From the NCBI GenBank assembly GCA_016192995.1, contig JACPTB010000006.1:5687-69686 (forward strand): DNA of 64,000 nucleotides, read 5' to 3'. The notes beneath the pieces were generated by a model. It had not been told where the DNA came from. It did no database searches and saw nothing but the letters and a program-made list of their open reading frames with translations. The translations under genes and the position numbers were made by a program. Position 1 is the stretch's first letter, and each line of letters starts with the position of its first letter. This DNA comes from Candidatus Woesearchaeota archaeon (GTDB lineage: Archaea > Nanobdellota > Nanobdellia > Woesearchaeales > DSVV01). Of this stretch, positions 57,401 through 62,411 are shown one piece after another.

Positions 57401-57521
57401 AATGTTTTTTAATCCATTGCCAAACCTGCTGGCTTGCAAGTTTTTGCTCTTTTTGTTCTTGGTGATGTGGCTCTGAAATAGGTTGTGGAGCATGCTTATC
57501 TGATGGTAAATGATTGCTCAT
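54456..57521 (-). CDS. aglB: Oligosaccharyltransferase AglB/STT3, paralogue 3 (full length)
   Basis: Motifs seen: ELDPWHWY, AGFSDTDGY, TTVAEQ and NSWWDMGHWF. The start is taken at MSNHLPSDK, with TTTATAAA 41-48 nt upstream. The track's start at 57578 is a TTG inside a repeat fragment. Confidence 0.9.
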   Translation of the reverse strand: MSNHLPSDKHAPQPISEPHHQEQKEQKLASQQVWQWIKKHYFILLLLIPIVMSIYLRTMPAYLPLTDIRAEENVLLGLKGQVSNAVEAQYPNLPQQNKDELIKKQHDEYLKEHKEEIYQVIDQQSKSYKDFYQDATGHTYLFELDPWHWYRLAKNYLDHGYEGDLEYNGRYYDTYIYAGLPLDKRSSSPKKIGTFHVLMIIVFYKIASFFNPSVALTTVAFYVPMIFGALFIIPAFFIGRKFAGNIGGFFAALLLSIHKALILRTSAGFSDTDGYSIFFPLMIIWLFIEAWDAEKKLAKILLSAGAGLLVGVYSYAWSGWWNIFYFIIAAVLITLLYILVCHFSQCFALAETIKKSYNLIKMQLLVLFVFIAGGIFSVSMSMGFSKIAATFLNLVLAPLNFVRFKAVATSTLWPNVFTTVAEQNSSSISEAISLTGGPILFFLAITGVLLYLALSHKSYKDYSPMIVLSYLWMFLLFWLNKYFTSKVLFYILFLSVPLICISLLYKTYKTFLHENPFTIILLLWLNLTIINGAYFDNVIYYIILLTIPFILQMAFGAWHNQQASSHIIYTSLLIMWLFATFYASIKGVRFTLLLVVPLVLCFGIALYTLYNLLVPVLKNMLFIPNIISKIALIILFLLLLIQPFKEGYTMSINMIPSINDQWYNLLVDLREKSAPDAIINSWWDMGHWFKAIGNRATTLDGGNQNSPQAHWLGKLLLTDNEYESMGILRMLDCGANTAFNESQSMFNLDQVKTKNVIDHIILLSKSEAKNYLLQQGLSQEQSEHILQYTHCQPPEDYLVVSWDMIGKAGVWAHFGSWNFSRAQVIYLANKNMKEEAITFMQEDMKLTKEQAEETYAQIKPYGSGDKANTWIAPWPSYRSDKVPCIKREKDIICENGLLVNFTENQFYAPTPDGGKLFPLVGSFIDATGKYTVQNMEDSNKTLLRTTDGQPFGASLFIDENGKYYTVLMDPVLAKSMFNRMFYFSNQDLACFDLFQFSGITSQQKIAIWKVDWDCSQKNTSN

Positions 57522-57576
57522 AATGATAACACCTTCTTTCAGCAATTGGCATATAGTTTCCTTTATAAAAGTTGCC

Positions 57577-57602
57577 AAAACCTAAGAAGACTTATTACGT
57601 AC
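57577..57602 (+). mobile_element. Solo right-end fragment of the GTACG-type element
   Basis: AAAACCTAAGAAGACTTATTACGTAC matches the right terminus of D, F and G (AAAACCATAGAAGACTTATTACGTAC). No left half is present. Confidence 0.7.
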
Positions 57603-57604
57603 TT

Positions 57605-58714
57605 CTAAAAAAGTAATTTCCTTGCAAACAACGCTAGTCGAGGTTCTTTTAAGAGAAGTTTTATTGCTAATTTCTTTGCATTGTCTCGAGTTATAGTGAG
57701 CAGATCTTGTTTTAATCGCTCTTGATTCAATAATTTTACTAGAGTATCATAATCTTTATTATCAAATTTATCCAGCATCTTTCTAATGAGTAAATGCAGT
57801 TTCAATTCTCTTGTTACATTTTTAATCTCGTTTTCATAGCAAGTATTATTATGTAATGCTCGCGCTAAACCAGCAGCAGCTTCCATGCCAGGGATAATGC
57901 CTCCGCCAGTTGTTGCTTTAACCTGGAGCGCAGCATCTCCGACAACAGCAAGATGAAGCTTATGAACAGCATCAAAACAAGTTAATTTCACGTTTGGATC
58001 ATAGATGGGTATTAATCCTCCCTGGAATTCAACAATATCTTTTTTATCAACCTTCATTCGTTGTAAAAGCATATCAAAATATTTTCCTGGGTTTTCTAAA
58101 GTGGCAATTCCTATCCTGGAAAACTCCTCATTTTCAGGGACACTCCAACCAAAAAATTTAGGCGCAATATCATTGCCTAAAAAAACTTGAAAAAGATCTT
58201 TCTGAAAGCGCCCTCGGGCAAGCCCTTGTTTTCCTAAATAAAATTGCGGTTGTTTATTGCCAATTAATTTTGACACAGGACTATTAGGTCCATCAGCTCC
58301 AATCAGATGGGTGAATCCAGTTTCAGTAATAATCTTTCCATGAACTTTAAACTCAAGTTTTCCGTTGTTAACACTAAGAAATTTATGGCCTGTTTTAATA
58401 ACAGCGCCTTGTTGTTTTGCAAGATTGCCAATATGTTGATCGAACAAAGTTCGATCAACGATAATATCATCACATTTTGCTTTGAAATAATTATGTTGAG
58501 AAAACACTTCAACATAATTCATTTGATTGACAACAAATTCATCACTCAACGTAAGATGGTTTTTAATAGATGAAGTTAGTATGCCAGTGCATTGTATCGG
58601 CTTGCCAATATCGATGTTTTCTTCATAAATGGTGACTGCATGGCCATTTTTTGCAAGTAAATACCCAAGATAATTCCCGCAAGGTCCAGCTCCGATAATA
58701 GCCACAGTGTGCAT
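57605..58714 (-). CDS. Geranylgeranyl reductase family FAD-dependent oxidoreductase
   Basis: 369 aa. Motifs seen: VAIIGAGPCGNYLGYLLAKNGH and VGDAALQVKATTGGGI. Confidence 0.8.
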   Translation of the reverse strand: MHTVAIIGAGPCGNYLGYLLAKNGHAVTIYEENIDIGKPIQCTGILTSSIKNHLTLSDEFVVNQMNYVEVFSQHNYFKAKCDDIIVDRTLFDQHIGNLAKQQGAVIKTGHKFLSVNNGKLEFKVHGKIITETGFTHLIGADGPNSPVSKLIGNKQPQFYLGKQGLARGRFQKDLFQVFLGNDIAPKFFGWSVPENEEFSRIGIATLENPGKYFDMLLQRMKVDKKDIVEFQGGLIPIYDPNVKLTCFDAVHKLHLAVVGDAALQVKATTGGGIIPGMEAAAGLARALHNNTCYENEIKNVTRELKLHLLIRKMLDKFDNKDYDTLVKLLNQERLKQDLLTITRDNAKKLAIKLLLKEPRLALFARKLLF

Positions 58715-58759
58715 AGTAACTATGGTTATTAAGAAGTATTATTTAATTAATATGGTTTT

Positions 58760-59236
58760 TTATGAAAGTTCCTGTATTATTTTCAAATAAAGTTCAGGAG
58801 ATAAATAATATCCTTGTTGCACTAATTGCTCGATATATTCTTTACCTTGTTTTTTTGTTATATATTTTTGTTGTACATTCCAAAAAATAATTCCTAACGT
58901 GCCTAAAACAGGGATGTTATGTAACCTCGCATAGGTTCTCGCTTTTTTATCATCAGTGAGAAAGCACATTTTTTTCTCAAGAGCTAAACTTAATGCAGTA
59001 TTTTCTCCTGCGCCGAGGTTTGAGGTGAGTATTTCTTGAGGGTTTGAGACTATAAGGAACGTATTTATTTCTCGGGTGATATATTGTGTATTGATGATGT
59101 ATTTTTGTGACGAAGTAAGCTCCTCGAGAACTATTGAAGGAATAAACACTGTTTGGTATTTCTTTTTGAGTAAATCGAGCTTATTAATTTTACTAAGAAG
59201 TATTAACGCCGTTGTGTTGCTTACTGCTTCTTCCAT
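58760..59236 (-). CDS. DUF3368 PIN-like nuclease domain protein (toxin-like partner of UPF0175)
   Basis: 158 aa. Motif seen: LTDDKKARTYARLHNIPVLGTLGIIF. It overlaps the upstream gene by 16 nt. Confidence 0.75.
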   Translation of the reverse strand: MEEAVSNTTALILLSKINKLDLLKKKYQTVFIPSIVLEELTSSQKYIINTQYITREINTFLIVSNPQEILTSNLGAGENTALSLALEKKMCFLTDDKKARTYARLHNIPVLGTLGIIFWNVQQKYITKKQGKEYIEQLVQQGYYLSPELYLKIIQELS

Positions 59237-59550
59237 GCAATCAACTTAAGATCTTTTTCCAATTCATCTACATCGTAATTAATTGAGATTTTATACTGCT
59301 TTAATACATCAAAGAATTCCCACGGTGAAATGCCAGCAAACACAGAAGCTTGTTCTAATGAGAATATCCCTGTTTGGTATTGTTCTAAAGCTTTTTTCAA
59401 TCTCCATTGTTTTATAGCTTCTGCTAATAATCTTCTCACTACTTCAGATTTCTCTAAATGTTCTGCTTTTGCAATCTCTTGCAGGTCATTCACAAAACTC
59501 TCTGATAACCTTGTTGTTAAGACTTCACCCATGTATTCATTGTAATACAA
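59221..59550 (-). CDS. RHH + UPF0175 antitoxin-like protein
   Basis: 109 aa. It has an RHH-like segment, LEKSEVVRRLLAEAI, and then YQTGIFSLEQASVFAGISPWEFFDVLKQYKI. Confidence 0.75.
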   Translation of the reverse strand: MYYNEYMGEVLTTRLSESFVNDLQEIAKAEHLEKSEVVRRLLAEAIKQWRLKKALEQYQTGIFSLEQASVFAGISPWEFFDVLKQYKISINYDVDELEKDLKLIAWKKQ

Positions 59551-59577
59551 TGTAATATATATGTTTTTTGTTTTTGC

Positions 59578-59740
59578 GGCTCTGTCCCGAATGAAGTTTT
59601 TGGTGCCATGCTTGTGATTATCTTAAGAATAAATAATCGAGAAAAAAGGGAATTCCAATGGGAATTTTTTCCTTCTTATCAACAAGTGGGATAATCACGG
59701 CACCAAAACCGAGACGTAAGCCGAGATTCGGGACAGAGCC
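59578..59740 (+). mobile_element. Palindromic MITE-like element, copy J (GGCTCTGTCCCGAAT termini, different apex)
   Basis: Outer stem is GGCTCTGTCCCGAAT / ATTCGGGACAGAGCC. Second stem is GTTTTTGGTGCC / GGCACCAAAAC. The right-arm bulge is CGAGACGTAAGCCGAG. The apex is GAAAAAAGGGAATTCCAATGGGAATTTTTTC. A perfect 8-bp direct repeat GTTTTTGC flanks it at 59570-59577 and 59741-59748. Confidence 0.85.
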
Positions 59741-59926
59741 GTTTTTGCCATCAATCACTTTAAATACCACCTCTCACTCACCATTATAATATATACTCAT
59801 TATAAAGTGGCAACAAAATCAAAAGCTTTAAATATCCCCTATGATTTTACCCTTTATAATACTGTCACTTTATAGTTGTAATAACTATACTACATATAAT
59901 AATGGTATCCAATAGGTGAACAACAT

Positions 59927-61174
59927 ATGGGTAGGTCATTAACTGGTCTTGTTACATCATTGTTTGCAGCATCGACGCTAGCGGTTGCTCCTGGATGTAA
60001 CAAAGTAGGTCAATGGTTAGATGAGGATTCTCCTGGTTCTTCTAATTTAAATTTAGAAAACAATCCATTGGCTCCAGCTTTAAAAACACTCGACACTGCA
60101 ATTAAAAGTGTAGGGGGTACTATAACTTATTACAGAGGATCAGATGGCAAACTTTACGTCGAAAATGTTACTTTACCAGAATCTTGTAACAGAGCAAAAG
60201 ATTCCCCACAATCAACTAGAGATGTTCCAAGTCCTGTACCAGGTCCTGCAAGCAGCATAGTTCCAGGTTTAACGGAGAGAGTTATGACACAAGGTGAAAG
60301 TAATTATGATGACGCTAAAGCTGCATTAACAGATGATAAAAGAAATATTCATATTCGTGTTGTAACTCATTCAGATAAAGATCCAGAATTTTCAAAAGCT
60401 ACAGTAGAGGAAGATCCAGCAACAATTATTTGTTATGTTCAAGGTCCGCCAGGTAAACCTAAAGAGCCAGAAAAACCAAAAGCACCTCCGGAAGGATGTC
60501 CTTATACTATTTGGAAAGAATATCCACGTCCTAGTCGTCAAAATATAATTGATGATATCTTTAATGCAGTGTTACGAGGTAAAACAATCAAAGGAATTGA
60601 AGCTTTAACTGCAGATTCTGCAGATAACTTATATTCACAACTAGCAGCAAAATTTATGATGGAGTATACTGATGCTATTGATAACGCAATTAGTAAGAGG
60701 GTAGATGAAGTAAGATTGTATGATAATTTGAGAGAAAAGAGTGAAACCAGAGATGTAAATGGCGTTAATGTAAAAGTAGGTTATTCTGTTCAGGGAGATA
60801 GATACACTGCAAATGGAAAAGATTTTGCATCAAAAGTAAATATAGATAAAATTAATGACAGTAATGTCCGTGCAGGAATCAAAGGTAAATTAATTGCAGC
60901 ATTAAAAGGCGGAGCTTTAAGATTTTATAATAATCACTTTTACCATAAATATAATTTCAATTCAAATGGAGAGCCAACTACTTCTCCAGCAACAGCAGTA
61001 ACCATTCCAAATGCTAATTATTCAAATAAATCATTCGACTATGCAGCGCAAGATAGAATCGTCTTGGATACAACAAGTCTATTATGTAAACCACAATCAG
61101 TTGATCCAACTTCAACTCCTTTAGATCAATGTGGTGTTGGAGTAACTACACAATGCCAGACAGATGTCAAATAA
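59927..61174 (+). CDS. Secreted hypothetical protein with a lipobox-like signal end
   Basis: 415 aa. The N-terminus is LFAASTLAVAPGC. It has P-rich linkers (PPGKPKEPEKPKAPPEG). AGGTGA lies before the ATG. Confidence 0.5.
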   Translation: MGRSLTGLVTSLFAASTLAVAPGCNKVGQWLDEDSPGSSNLNLENNPLAPALKTLDTAIKSVGGTITYYRGSDGKLYVENVTLPESCNRAKDSPQSTRDVPSPVPGPASSIVPGLTERVMTQGESNYDDAKAALTDDKRNIHIRVVTHSDKDPEFSKATVEEDPATIICYVQGPPGKPKEPEKPKAPPEGCPYTIWKEYPRPSRQNIIDDIFNAVLRGKTIKGIEALTADSADNLYSQLAAKFMMEYTDAIDNAISKRVDEVRLYDNLREKSETRDVNGVNVKVGYSVQGDRYTANGKDFASKVNIDKINDSNVRAGIKGKLIAALKGGALRFYNNHFYHKYNFNSNGEPTTSPATAVTIPNANYSNKSFDYAAQDRIVLDTTSLLCKPQSVDPTSTPLDQCGVGVTTQCQTDVK

Positions 61175-61188
61175 CGAGGTTTTCGAAA

Positions 61189-62313
61189 ATGGTTTTAGAT
61201 GATATTGTGAGTGCAATCAGAAATTGGTATGGAGCAGGAAAAATAGCTCGTGTAATGGAAGCAACAACATTAGCTGCAGCTCCAGTTACAGCGTATGCAG
61301 TTGATACTCAATCAGCAAGAGCAGAACCTCCAGCAGGATGTCATGATCAAGAAAAATGTCGAGAATATGATACAAGTGAACATTTAACTGTTGAAGTAGG
61401 ACGAGGAAAACCTCTTCCGCCTCCCGATACTTCAGGCAATGAACCTATTCTTGCTCTTTATGCTTTAATAGGTGGAGACTTTAAAAATTATGAAGATGTT
61501 AGGACTGGTAATTTGGAGTCTTCTCGAGCAGGAATGGGATGGGCGTTTGGTGCAGGTGCTGATTTACGATTAGTTACATCATATCTTCTTACACAAGTTG
61601 GTTTATATTATTTATATAAATCAGTTCATGTAAATATTTCTCCAGAAGGTAAAGATGGTGGAGAATCTGGATCATTGGAAGGAACTGAACATAATCTCGG
61701 TGCTAAACTTAGATTTGTTCCTGGATGGAATGGAAACGTTTTTACTGGACCATTTTTGTTTGAAGGTAATGCTCGATTCTCATTTCGTGATTACTCAGGA
61801 TCAAAAATTAATTCAGATACAGGTGATTCTTTTCCCGAAGAAAAGAGTGCAACAAATTATAGTTTAGACGCAGTACTTGGAGGATATTTTGGTATTAATT
61901 TTAGTGGTGAACTAGGACGAGGAGACTATCTTGGGTTATTGATTGGTTGGAGTCCAAAGATGTGGTACTTTGATAATACAAAAGCCTCAACATTGGATGG
62001 AATGAAATTTGGTGCGCGTCTTAGATTAAATCCAGTATTGTTTGAGGCAGTTGCCGGTCTTTATGGTTTGCGTGGCTTAGATAACATAGATGCATCGTAC
62101 GGAGATGGTGTTTCAGTTAAACCAACAGGTTTGTTGTATGATGTTGACGCAAAACTAACGCTTGAATTATTACAAGGCGACAAAGGTTGCTTATACGTAT
62201 TAGCATTTTATCGTGGAAATAACCATAACTTTAAACCAGAGGCAGGTAGTCAAGCAGAAAGAAATTGGACTAATCATGAAGTTGGTGTTGGTGTAGGTGG
62301 TTGTGTAAAATAA
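61189..62313 (+). CDS. Beta-strand-rich hypothetical protein (barrel-like alternating pattern)
   Basis: About 12 amphipathic alternating segments are visible, e.g. GWAFGAGADLRL, VGLYYLYKSVHVNI, LGAKLRFVP, FLFEGNARFSF, AVLGGYFGINF, KFGARLRLN and CLYVLAFYRG. GAGGT lies 8 nt before the ATG. Confidence 0.45.
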   Translation: MVLDDIVSAIRNWYGAGKIARVMEATTLAAAPVTAYAVDTQSARAEPPAGCHDQEKCREYDTSEHLTVEVGRGKPLPPPDTSGNEPILALYALIGGDFKNYEDVRTGNLESSRAGMGWAFGAGADLRLVTSYLLTQVGLYYLYKSVHVNISPEGKDGGESGSLEGTEHNLGAKLRFVPGWNGNVFTGPFLFEGNARFSFRDYSGSKINSDTGDSFPEEKSATNYSLDAVLGGYFGINFSGELGRGDYLGLLIGWSPKMWYFDNTKASTLDGMKFGARLRLNPVLFEAVAGLYGLRGLDNIDASYGDGVSVKPTGLLYDVDAKLTLELLQGDKGCLYVLAFYRGNNHNFKPEAGSQAERNWTNHEVGVGVGGCVK

Positions 62314-62411
62314 TTATGATCGCAAGGTAAGATTTTGAGGTGTTTAGAGAGTGTTAAGAAACAAAGATGTGTTAAGAAGAAACAAGAATTACAATCACGA
62401 GGTAAAAACAC

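Noticed and set aside
57522-57578. N-terminal extensions from non-ATG or far-upstream starts in the ORF track (57578 TTG; also 26424 GTG, 36635 GTG, 34073, 34725, 40599, 46149, 61129, 15021, 12569)
   Set aside because: The extensions run into repeats, hairpins, upstream genes or promoters. Internal ATGs have TATA-like boxes or GGTG/GAGG motifs at an appropriate distance and leave the conserved domains intact.
3074-59740. The repeated intergenic elements as a CRISPR array
   Set aside because: The units are 150-165-nt imperfect palindromes separated by kilobases of coding sequence. They are not short direct repeats with regular 30-40-nt spacers. No cas genes are present.
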